This document shows positions 16,969-26,938 of a stretch of 64,000 nucleotides of DNA, piece after piece. Position numbers and translations under genes: made by a program. A model generated the notes under the pieces. The model was not told where the DNA came from and ran no database searches. It saw only the letters and a program-made list of their open reading frames with translations. Position 1 is the first letter of the stretch; every line of letters starts with the position of its first letter. Source of the DNA: Crocinitomicaceae bacterium (GTDB taxonomy: Bacteria > Bacteroidota > Bacteroidia > Flavobacteriales_D > Crocinitomicaceae); the NCBI GenBank assembly GCA_021740745.1, contig JAIOZF010000004.1:3879-67878 (forward strand), in the 5' to 3' direction.

Positions 16969-19524
16969 TTAAAGCTCTCCTAAATTCATTCCAATTGTAA
17001 ACGTCAATTTACCGTAATATCCTTTTTCACTTATACTTTGATCAGATGCCCCACCAAATCCACGTGACCAAGAATCCAATTTATCTAAGCCTAGACCATA
17101 ATCTAAGCCTAACATACCAAACATTGGTAAGAAAACACGGATACCCAAACCTGCAGTTCGCTTCACATTAAATGGATTGAATTGCTTAAAACTCGGGAAT
17201 GTATTTCCTGCCTCGGCAAACGCCAATGCATAAAATGTTGCTGAAGGATTCAAAGAGATTGGATAACGTAATTCCAGCGTATACTTTGCAATTAGTGGAT
17301 CTCCGGCTTCGGATGAAATTGAATTATCTTCATAACCCCTTAACGCTATAACTTCTCGTCCTCCTAATTGATTAACACCAGTTAAACCACTGCCTCCAAG
17401 TGAGTAACGTTCAAATGGGGTGACACCTTTTGAGTTAGAATAAGCACCCAAGAAAGAGAAACCAACTCTCGGCATTAACACCAGTTTTTTATCTGCTGTT
17501 AATGGCAAGAACCACTCTCCTGTTAACTTGATCTTATAATATTCCAAATATTTATAACGCTGTTGGGCTGTATAACTGCTGTAGTCATCTATATTATCAA
17601 ACAATGAATAAGGAACTGTTGACTTTGCTGTAAATGTAATCGTTGAACCCGTCTGCGGATAGATTGGCGCACTTACAGAACTTCTAGAAAGGACATACTT
17701 TAATGAAATGTCATTTGCGTAGCCATTACTAAATATACCAAATCGTGCATCATCAACGACATCATAATACTGATAACCCAATTCATAATAAGCTGTAAAG
17801 TAATCATCTGGCCATTTCTTACGACGACCCATTCCGATACCTGTACCGGTAATAGCAATTCCAGAATACAAATCGTTTGATGGTAAGTAACCATTTCCAA
17901 GCGCAGTGTGACTTACCCAATACGTTAATGAATTCGGTTTTTTACCACCTAACCATGGCTCAGTAAATGAAAAATTATATCCTTGATAGTAACGACCATT
18001 TGTTTGCGCACGAATCGATAAACGTTGTCCATCTCCTCCAGGAAGTGGTGTCCAAGCACCTTTTTTAAACATATTTCGAGTCGAGAAATTGTTAAAAGTC
18101 AAACCTAATGTACCGATGATACGACCATTACCTGTTGGACCTGAACCACCGTAACCTCCAGAAAGTTCAATTTGATCGGAAGATTTCTCCTCCACTACAT
18201 ATTCAATATCTACAGTTCCATCAGCCGGATTTGGCATTGGGTTAACTTGGAATGCTTGTTCATTAAAATAGCCTAATTGTGCTAATTCGCGTTGTGTACG
18301 GATAATGTCATTTCGATTAAACAAATCGCCTGGTTTCGTTCTAATTTCACGACGAATTACGTAATCATTCGTTTTAGTATTACCCGTAATAAAGATTCGT
18401 TTTACGCGCGCCTCCTTTCCTTCAATAATTCTCATTTGATAGTTGATTTGATTATCAACTACATTCGTTTCAACAGGAATAACTTGAAAGAACAAATAAC
18501 CTCTATCCATATAAAGAGAAGAAATATCGCGCCCATCTTGACTCATGAAAAGTCGTTTTTCCAATAACTCTTTATTGTATAAATCTCCTTTCTTTACGCC
18601 CAAAACAGTATCGAGATAGGATGATCTAAACTTTGTGTTTCCAATCCAATCAATATCGCCAAAGTAATATTTACCGCCTTCTTCAACATTAATTTTAATG
18701 ATTAAGTTTTTAGCATTCTTTTGATAAACAGTATCGAAAGAAATATTGGCATCTCTTAAACCAGCTGCATTGAATTTATTCATCATTGCAAGCTTATCTT
18801 TCGTATAAGATGATTCTGTAAACTTAGATCGTTTGAAAATTCTCCATGGCGCTTTCTGTTTCGTGTCTTTCATTGCCATTTTCAATTTCCAATCCTTTAC
18901 AGTTTCATTTCCAGTGATTTCAATTTTCTTAATTCCAACATGTTCTCCGCGTTCAACATTGATCACAAACAATTCTGAATCATTGATCAATGAATCAACT
19001 TGACGATTAATGTTTACATTAATATTGTAAAAACCCTTTTCTCTATAATATCCTTTGATTTTACTTTCCGTTTGGAAAACTAAGTTTTCAGTAATCGTTT
19101 TACCAGAGAATAAGGTGATTTCTTCACGAATCTTGTCAGCATCACGTTTTGTTGCGCCTACAAATCTAAATCGAGATAATTTTGGTCGTGGCGTAACTTT
19201 AATTGTCAGATAAATAACACCTGCTACCTCTTTTTCAGCATAAATTTCTACATCAGAAAATAAGCCTTCGGCCCATAAATTTTTGATTGCTTTAGAAATT
19301 TGTTCACCTGGAATGGCAATTGTTTGACCTTGACGCAAACCTGCAATTAACTTAATCGCTTGATGGTCGTAATTATCAGCACCTTCTACACGAATTGGTC
19401 CTATTTCATAATCAACTGGTGACTTATAATTGATATCAAAACCACCAACAATAATCGGTTCTGTTTTTTGACCAGTTGCCCCAATTGATAGCAGTAAACA
19501 AAATAATAGGATGATTCTTTTCAA
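16969..19524 (-). CDS. bamA: outer membrane protein assembly factor BamA
   Basis: 851 aa. Signal peptide, POTRA-like repeats and a C-terminal 16-strand barrel region with aromatic-rich strands. Sits in the conserved uppS-bamA-skp context. Confidence 0.9.
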   Translation of the reverse strand: MKRIILLFCLLLSIGATGQKTEPIIVGGFDINYKSPVDYEIGPIRVEGADNYDHQAIKLIAGLRQGQTIAIPGEQISKAIKNLWAEGLFSDVEIYAEKEVAGVIYLTIKVTPRPKLSRFRFVGATKRDADKIREEITLFSGKTITENLVFQTESKIKGYYREKGFYNINVNINRQVDSLINDSELFVINVERGEHVGIKKIEITGNETVKDWKLKMAMKDTKQKAPWRIFKRSKFTESSYTKDKLAMMNKFNAAGLRDANISFDTVYQKNAKNLIIKINVEEGGKYYFGDIDWIGNTKFRSSYLDTVLGVKKGDLYNKELLEKRLFMSQDGRDISSLYMDRGYLFFQVIPVETNVVDNQINYQMRIIEGKEARVKRIFITGNTKTNDYVIRREIRTKPGDLFNRNDIIRTQRELAQLGYFNEQAFQVNPMPNPADGTVDIEYVVEEKSSDQIELSGGYGGSGPTGNGRIIGTLGLTFNNFSTRNMFKKGAWTPLPGGDGQRLSIRAQTNGRYYQGYNFSFTEPWLGGKKPNSLTYWVSHTALGNGYLPSNDLYSGIAITGTGIGMGRRKKWPDDYFTAYYELGYQYYDVVDDARFGIFSNGYANDISLKYVLSRSSVSAPIYPQTGSTITFTAKSTVPYSLFDNIDDYSSYTAQQRYKYLEYYKIKLTGEWFLPLTADKKLVLMPRVGFSFLGAYSNSKGVTPFERYSLGGSGLTGVNQLGGREVIALRGYEDNSISSEAGDPLIAKYTLELRYPISLNPSATFYALAFAEAGNTFPSFKQFNPFNVKRTAGLGIRVFLPMFGMLGLDYGLGLDKLDSWSRGFGGASDQSISEKGYYGKLTFTIGMNLGEL

Positions 19525-19534
19525 GAGAAATAGT

Positions 19535-20275
19535 TTAAGTTAATTGTTCTGATACCTTTCCGAAACGTCGTTCACGTGATTGGTAGTCGAGTACTGCTTT
19601 ATATAAATCTTCTGCCTTGAAATCAGGCCACAAGACTTCTGTAAAGTGAAATTCCGTATATGCAATTTGCCAAAGGAGAAAGTTACTTACACGACATTCA
19701 CCACTTGTTCTAATCAATAATTCTGGATCTGGAATTGAAAAAGTCGTCAATTTTTGAGTAATCGCTTCTTCAGTAACCTCATCTGAATTCATTGTACCAT
19801 TTTCAATTTCAAGCGCCAATTGTTTCATTGCATTGGTAATTTCCCAGCGCGCACTGTAATTAAGCGCTAGAACTAAAGAAATACTAGTATTGTTTTTTGT
19901 TTTATTAATTGCATCTTGTAATTCATTGCGACAAGCTTCTGGCAATCCCATTGTATCACCAATTGTCATCAAACGTACTCCGCTGTCCATCAACTCATCA
20001 ATTTCTCCAGCAATAGAACGCACTAATAAATCCATTAAACCATCAACTTCTTCTTTCGGGCGATTCCAATTCTCTGTTGAAAATGCATACATCGTCAAAT
20101 AGTCAACCTTCAATTCTTTTGCAGCCTTCAATGTTTCTCGGACAGCTTCCACTCCAAAATTATGACCATACAAGCGCTCATGCCCTTGTTTTTTCGCCCA
20201 TCGACCATTACCATCCATGATGATGGCTATGTGCTTTGGTGACTTTTTTAGATCTATTTGTGAAATGTAACTCAT
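19535..20275 (-). CDS. uppS: isoprenyl transferase (undecaprenyl-diphosphate synthase)
   Basis: HIAIIMDGNGRWA, TMYAFSTENWNRP, RTSGECRVSNFLLWQIAYTEF. ATG at 20275 is preferred because the track extension to 20359 runs into the atpC terminator hairpin. Confidence 0.9.
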   Translation of the reverse strand: MSYISQIDLKKSPKHIAIIMDGNGRWAKKQGHERLYGHNFGVEAVRETLKAAKELKVDYLTMYAFSTENWNRPKEEVDGLMDLLVRSIAGEIDELMDSGVRLMTIGDTMGLPEACRNELQDAINKTKNNTSISLVLALNYSARWEITNAMKQLALEIENGTMNSDEVTEEAITQKLTTFSIPDPELLIRTSGECRVSNFLLWQIAYTEFHFTEVLWPDFKAEDLYKAVLDYQSRERRFGKVSEQLT

Positions 20276-20355
20276 ATGTCTGAAGAACAGAAAACGAAAA
20301 TAAAGAAAGAATTGTATACCGCCTAATGAATAGTTGTGAACCTTAACATACCTTA

Positions 20356-20390
20356 ACAAAAAAGAGGGAAATGGCGCGCCAAATCCCTCT
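20356..20390 (-). terminator. rho-independent terminator after atpDC
   Basis: AGAGGGA...TGGCGCGCCA...TCCCTCT hairpin (20363-20390), followed on the minus strand by a T-run. Confidence 0.65.
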
Positions 20391-20409
20391 TTTCTAAAGG
20401 TTTCAAATA

Positions 20410-20706
20410 TTATTCAGCAAGAACAATGATTTTGTCGTTCAATAACTCAACGACTCCTCCATTAATAGTTACATGAATTACTTTCGTGTTTACACTACTC
20501 TCTTCAATCAAGCTGCTCATTTTCTCAGGTCGCTCGTAGGTATTTGTTAAATCAACTTTAACTTTTCCTTTTTGCAACGCTGCAATAATGGGTGCGTGAC
20601 CTGCAAGTACTTGAAATGAACCATCTAAACCAGGAAATTGAACTGCGTCAACTTCACCGCTAAATACTTTCATTTCAGGTGTTATAATTTCCAATTGCAT
20701 AAACAA
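20410..20706 (-). CDS. atpC: F0F1 ATP synthase subunit epsilon
   Basis: 98 aa (MQLEIITPE...FPGLDGSFQVLAGHAPIIAAL), immediately downstream of atpD. The start may be the ATG at 20700. Confidence 0.85.
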   Translation of the reverse strand: MFMQLEIITPEMKVFSGEVDAVQFPGLDGSFQVLAGHAPIIAALQKGKVKVDLTNTYERPEKMSSLIEESSVNTKVIHVTINGGVVELLNDKIIVLAE

Positions 20707-20722
20707 TCTTTTAAGCTAGTTA

Positions 20723-22249
<1,527 letters not shown>

Positions 22250-22288
22250 TTACTTTAATAACAGGCGATGCCATTCTTAATTTGGGCG

Positions 22289-22296
22289 CAAATATA
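22289..22296 (-). promoter_or_regulatory. -7 box TATATTTG upstream of atpD
   Basis: Exact TAnnTTTG match on the minus strand, 63 nt before the ATG at 22225 (42 nt before 22246). Confidence 0.45.
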
Positions 22297-22420
22297 TACC
22301 ATTTAATTTAAAGAGTCACCACAAGAATGTGTTTATTTTTCAAAACTTTTTTACGTTTTACAGAAATTTGCGATCCAATGATTCTAAACGGATAATAAAG
22401 AGGATAAATTTGAATGACAA

Positions 22421-23647
22421 TTAATTCGAATCTCCTTCTTCTATGTGTTTCTTCATCATCATTTTAACAGGTAAATAGGAGAAAAGTAGGCTCAATCCGC
22501 AAACTAACGTAAGTATAAGAAGACCATCTTTGTAACTCATTGCAATAGGGAAAGCCTCACCACCGGAATTCGGCATTGAAAGCACGCCAGTATAAACTTG
22601 GAAGAAACAAACCGCATACCCTAAAATCAATCCGAACAAAATTCCTTTACCCGAAATCAATAAACCTTCATAGAAAAATATATTGAACAAGGTTTTATGA
22701 TCAGCCCCCATACTGGTCAAGGTTTTCAAATTGTCTTTTTTCTCTACGAACAGCATAGTGAGTGATGCAATCAAGTTAAAAGCGGCCAAAATGAAAATGA
22801 ACACCAATATGACAATGACAATAATTTTTTCTGATTTACTCGTTTTGTAGATCAGCTCATTCTTCTCATAATTCGTCTTTACAACAAATGCCTTTCCGAG
22901 TAATTGTTGAATGTTTTTCTTAACATCCTCATTTTGATAGTCTGATTTTACATCAACATATACAGCTGAAATATCTTTGCCGTAATTCAGAAGATCTTTT
23001 GCCAAATCAATCGAAACAACAATGCGTTCAGCATTTACTTCTCGATTAAAATTCATTCGGCCAGCAACTTGTATAAACTGAGATTTAAATGGATTACTAC
23101 CCAATCTTACTTTTGCGTCTCTTTTTGGTGCAAAAATCTGAATCGATTCATAACCGACTCTATCGGGAATAAATCCGCCTAACTTATCTAACAATGAAGC
23201 GCCAATTATTCCAAAATCATCTCCATTTTTTTTGATAAACGTCTCGCCATCTACCATGTGCTTTGACATGTTGGTCATATCAAGAAAGCTGCTATCAATT
23301 CCTGTCATTTGGGCATTCACCCATTTCTTTTCATGTTTCAATACAACGATCTCATCAATTGCTTTGGAGCAATTTACGACTCCTTCGACGCTTGAAATCT
23401 TTTTCAAATCAATTTCATCTTCATCAAAGGTTTTTCCTTGATTAGAAACGATGGTAATATCTGTATCGTACTCTGAATATAATTTTTCAATCATTTGCTC
23501 AATGCCATTAAAAGCAGAAAGTAAAATGACCAACGATGCTGTAATAATAGCGATGCCGATGACTGAAATACGCGTAATTCGGTTTATTACATTCTTTCTT
23601 CTTTTAGATGAAAGATATCTACGCGCTATGTAATAAGAGAAGTTAAT
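22421..23647 (-). CDS. ABC transporter permease, FtsX/LolC/LolE family
   Basis: The conserved N-terminus INFSYYIARRYLSSKRRKNVINRITRISVIGIAIITASLV (first TM helix) is encoded upstream of the track TTG start at 23533. The C-terminal FtsX-type 3-helix bundle is present. The proposed start is ATT at 23647, since no ATG, GTG or TTG is available. Confidence 0.7.
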   Translation of the reverse strand: MNFSYYIARRYLSSKRRKNVINRITRISVIGIAIITASLVILLSAFNGIEQMIEKLYSEYDTDITIVSNQGKTFDEDEIDLKKISSVEGVVNCSKAIDEIVVLKHEKKWVNAQMTGIDSSFLDMTNMSKHMVDGETFIKKNGDDFGIIGASLLDKLGGFIPDRVGYESIQIFAPKRDAKVRLGSNPFKSQFIQVAGRMNFNREVNAERIVVSIDLAKDLLNYGKDISAVYVDVKSDYQNEDVKKNIQQLLGKAFVVKTNYEKNELIYKTSKSEKIIVIVILVFIFILAAFNLIASLTMLFVEKKDNLKTLTSMGADHKTLFNIFFYEGLLISGKGILFGLILGYAVCFFQVYTGVLSMPNSGGEAFPIAMSYKDGLLILTLVCGLSLLFSYLPVKMMMKKHIEEGDSN

Positions 23648-23650
23648 GGA

Positions 23651-23986
23651 TTATTTCTTAAGCAACTGTTCAATCGTCGAAGCATATTCCATTGAATCGT
23701 CAATGAAAAATTTCAATTCTGGAATTTTGTGCATGTTTTTCAATCTTTTGCCAACTTCACCGCGAATCTTACTGCTGTGAACGCAAATATTATCGACAAC
23801 TTCTTGCGGTTTAGGTCCAGCAAAAACACTCAAGTAACATCTTGCCAACGACAAATCAGAAGTAACTCTTACAATTGTAACTGAAACCATCGCACCAAGA
23901 CAAATTTCTCGTGCATTTCGTTGAAAAAACATGGACAATTCTTCACGAATTACTGCTTCTATACGTTGTTGTCTAATTGAACTCAT
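23651..23986 (-). CDS. rbfA: ribosome-binding factor A
   Basis: 111 aa. RQQRIEAVIREELSMFF...VTIVRVTSDLSLARCYLSVF is typical RbfA. Confidence 0.88.
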   Translation of the reverse strand: MSSIRQQRIEAVIREELSMFFQRNAREICLGAMVSVTIVRVTSDLSLARCYLSVFAGPKPQEVVDNICVHSSKIRGEVGKRLKNMHKIPELKFFIDDSMEYASTIEQLLKK

Positions 23987-23990
23987 GCTG

Positions 23991-23998
23991 CAAAGATA
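23991..23998 (-). promoter_or_regulatory. -7 box TATCTTTG immediately upstream of rbfA
   Basis: Exact match on the minus strand, 4 nt before the ATG at 23986. Confidence 0.5.
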
Positions 23999-24082
23999 CG
24001 GCTCATCTGTCTAAAATCAGGTAATTAGTTCCTTTTTTTTGACTTTTACATCCTCGAATCCTCAAAAAGTAGCAGTTCTTCT

Positions 24083-24090
24083 TATCTTTG
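24083..24090 (+). promoter_or_regulatory. -7 box TATCTTTG immediately upstream of the MsbA-like ABC gene
   Basis: Exact match, 6 nt before the ATG at 24097. Same octamer as the divergent rbfA box. Confidence 0.5.
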
Positions 24091-24096
24091 TTCCTC

Positions 24097-25941
24097 ATGA
24101 AAGGGATTCTTGAAATTTACCGTTATACATTTACATATAAGTGGACAGCCGTATTGGTTATTGTTTACAACCTGCTTTTCGTGTTGTTTAATTTATTGTC
24201 GATGGTATTATTTATACCTTTCTTACAATTAATTTTTCCTGACAAAACTGAGAATATAATTCAGCCAATTGAACCCCTAATGGAAAGTGGAATCAAAGGT
24301 TTCATAAAATATTGCTCAGAGTATTACAGTTATTTCATGGAGACGATGGTTCAACGCGATCCGAAAGAAGCACTTCTTTTCGTTTGTGTATCCGTTATGA
24401 TTGCCTTTTTCTTGAAAAATCTCTTTCGATATGGAGCAATTTGGCATCAATCACAACTTCGAATGGCGGTTGTGCGAGATGTACGCGACAAAATCTATAG
24501 TAAAGCAATGCAGTTACCACTTTCTTATTATTCGGATGAAAGAAAAGGCGATTTAATGTCGCGCATGCAGAGTGATGTTGGAGAGGTAGAAATCGCTGTT
24601 GTGAGTATGCTTGAACTTATTTACCGCGAACCAATTGCCATCATCATAAATGTAAGTGCGCTGCTGTATTGGAGTCCAGAGTTAACAATTTTTTCCTTCG
24701 CTTTACTTCCATTATCTGCTTTTGTTATTTCTCGTATTTCAAAAAGTTTAAAACGAACAGCAAAACAAGGACAAGAACAAATGGGAACGTTGTTTTCCAC
24801 TATTGAAGAGAGTTTAGGAGGCATTCGGATTATCAAGGCTTTCAATGCTGTACCCCAAATGATTGGCGTATTCGCAAAAATTAACTTACGCCACCAACAA
24901 CTGATCACCAAGGCCTTCAGGAAAAGAGATTTATCCCCACCATTGAATGAAACACTGGCTGTTTTTGTCATGCTGTGCATTGTTTGGTATGGTGGTAAAA
25001 TGATTTTAGAAAATCAAAGTGACAGTTTAACTGGAGAGCAATTCATTGGATTTATACTCGTATTCTCACAATTATTAAGACCTATTCAAGGAATCGCTAC
25101 ATCAGTTGCCAACTTAAATAAAGCAAAAGCTTCTCAAGACCGAATCAACGAGGTATTGGATGCAGATGAGAAGATTTATGAAAAAGAGAACCCAATTCTT
25201 CTACCCGATTTTTCGAAATCCATTCGCTATGAAAATGTATCTTTTAAATACAAGGAAGAATTCGTTTTAAAGAATATCAATTTAACCATTCAAAAAGGTA
25301 AAACAATTGCCTTGGTTGGAGAATCCGGCAGTGGGAAGTCAACTTTAGCAGATTTACTTCCTCGTTTTTATGACGTGTCGAATGGAGCAATATACTTCGA
25401 TGACATCGCTATAACAGAATGTAGTTTACTTGATCTTCGCAATCATATTGGTATAGTTTCTCAAGAATCCATTCTTTTTAACGCCACAATTAAAGAAAAC
25501 ATTGCTTTTGGAATGCCGAATGCAACACTTGAAGAAGTGACAGCTGCTGCTAAAATTGCCAATGCGCATGGTTTTATTTCAGAAATGGAGGAAGGATATT
25601 CTACCAATATTGGTGAAAGAGGGAATAAACTTTCAGGCGGACAAAAACAACGTATCAGTATTGCAAGAGCAGTTTTGAAGAATCCACCAATCTTGATTTT
25701 AGATGAGGCGACATCTGCACTGGATACCGAATCAGAAAAATTGGTTCAAGAAGCCCTTGAGAACTTAATGCGTGAAAGAACATCAATTATCATTGCGCAT
25801 CGCTTAAGTACCATTCGAAATGCTGACGAAATTATTGTTTTATCGAAAGGTGAGATAAAGGAACGTGGAACACATGATCAACTGATAGAAAACAAAGGAA
25901 TGTATTACAACCTTTGTTCGATGCAAGGTATTGAGAAATAA
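24097..25941 (+). CDS. ABC transporter ATP-binding protein/permease (MsbA-like exporter)
   Basis: Six-helix TMD followed by an NBD with Walker A GESGSGKST, signature LSGGQKQRISIARA and Walker B ILILDEATSALD. ATG at 24097 is preferred; the track TTG at 24088 lies inside the -7 box. Confidence 0.88.
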   Translation: MKGILEIYRYTFTYKWTAVLVIVYNLLFVLFNLLSMVLFIPFLQLIFPDKTENIIQPIEPLMESGIKGFIKYCSEYYSYFMETMVQRDPKEALLFVCVSVMIAFFLKNLFRYGAIWHQSQLRMAVVRDVRDKIYSKAMQLPLSYYSDERKGDLMSRMQSDVGEVEIAVVSMLELIYREPIAIIINVSALLYWSPELTIFSFALLPLSAFVISRISKSLKRTAKQGQEQMGTLFSTIEESLGGIRIIKAFNAVPQMIGVFAKINLRHQQLITKAFRKRDLSPPLNETLAVFVMLCIVWYGGKMILENQSDSLTGEQFIGFILVFSQLLRPIQGIATSVANLNKAKASQDRINEVLDADEKIYEKENPILLPDFSKSIRYENVSFKYKEEFVLKNINLTIQKGKTIALVGESGSGKSTLADLLPRFYDVSNGAIYFDDIAITECSLLDLRNHIGIVSQESILFNATIKENIAFGMPNATLEEVTAAAKIANAHGFISEMEEGYSTNIGERGNKLSGGQKQRISIARAVLKNPPILILDEATSALDTESEKLVQEALENLMRERTSIIIAHRLSTIRNADEIIVLSKGEIKERGTHDQLIENKGMYYNLCSMQGIEK

Positions 25942-25944
25942 AAA

Positions 25945-26793
25945 TTACTTAAACCGCATATAATCTTCTGGATTGACCGCGCTTTGGTTGTACCATAATT
26001 CGAAATGTAAATGTGGTCCAGTGCTATTCTCTCCTGAATTTCCAGCAATTGCAATTGGATCGTTCATTTGAACGCGATTTCCTGTTTTCTTTAGAACCGT
26101 TTTATTATGCTTGTAGACGGATAAATATCCATTTGCATGATCTACTATCAAAATAAACCCATCCTTTTGAGTGTAACCGGAATAAACTACGGTTCCTGCT
26201 AAACAAGCCAATATTGTTTTATCTTTTGGAACAACAATATCAATTGCAGGATGCTCTTTCAAATCAAAACCCTGACTTATAACACCTTTGGCAGGTGAGG
26301 AAAAATAAGGAACATTCTTATCTAACTTCTGAGCTTTCGTTGAGCGCAAATCATCTTTTACTTTCTTCGCCAACAGAATCTCGTTTTCAGTCGCATCAGA
26401 ATTCAATTCTGAAGTTTGAATATCAATTACTTCTGGCAATTGAGATGCTGCAGTATCTTCAGGGACTTTTCCATCAATAATCAAGCGGATAGTTTGAATG
26501 TATTTTTCCTGTGCACTCATCTTTTTTGTTAAATCAATCAGCTGATTGTGCTGTTCCTCCAATTTTTTACGTTCAATTGAAACATCATTTTTAGAAAAAT
26601 AGCCAGAAAATGGACCTTTCAATACAAACAAGGTAGAAAGCGTACCTACTATTAATATGAAAATAAAAATCAACGAAAACAACTGAATTCGTGTTGCTTG
26701 AAAACTCCATAAAACTTCGAAATTCGCTGGATTAGAAGCCGAATATTTAGACTTTTGACGTAATTTATCGAGTGTATTTTGAAGGTAACCCAT
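25945..26793 (-). CDS. M23 family metallopeptidase
   Basis: N-terminal TM helix, a coiled region and a LytM domain (HPAIDIV...GNSGENSTGPHLHFELW). Confidence 0.85.
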   Translation of the reverse strand: MGYLQNTLDKLRQKSKYSASNPANFEVLWSFQATRIQLFSLIFIFILIVGTLSTLFVLKGPFSGYFSKNDVSIERKKLEEQHNQLIDLTKKMSAQEKYIQTIRLIIDGKVPEDTAASQLPEVIDIQTSELNSDATENEILLAKKVKDDLRSTKAQKLDKNVPYFSSPAKGVISQGFDLKEHPAIDIVVPKDKTILACLAGTVVYSGYTQKDGFILIVDHANGYLSVYKHNKTVLKKTGNRVQMNDPIAIAGNSGENSTGPHLHFELWYNQSAVNPEDYMRFK

Positions 26794-26938
26794 TGCAGGA
26801 CAAAACTCCTGAAAAAACAGTTGAGATGCAAATAAACTTTTATGTTCTTCGTTAAATATTTATAAATTACACTGTTTGGTGCAGAATTTGTGAACCGAAG
26901 CCAACTCTAATTGTTAATTTTACGTCAATACAGTAAGT

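Noticed and set aside
20276-20359. N-terminal extensions in the ORF track: uppS to 20359, DUF5686 to 937, globin to 8663, ABC exporter to 24088, giant protein to 36324, panD to 58192, glgA-like to 59135, SprB-like to 50879, DUF4270 to 60018.
   Set aside because: The extensions run through terminator hairpins or -7 promoter boxes, start at TTG, or add residues ahead of a canonical family N-terminus or signal peptide. The internal ATG gives the expected N-terminus in each case.
23645-23653. Stop-codon read-through producing an RbfA-permease fusion, since the two ORFs are in the same frame separated by a single TAA.
   Set aside because: A fusion of a cytosolic ribosome factor to a membrane permease has no precedent that I know of. 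Re-initiation at the near-cognate ATT, which aligns with the family Met position, is the simpler explanation. It remains unproven.
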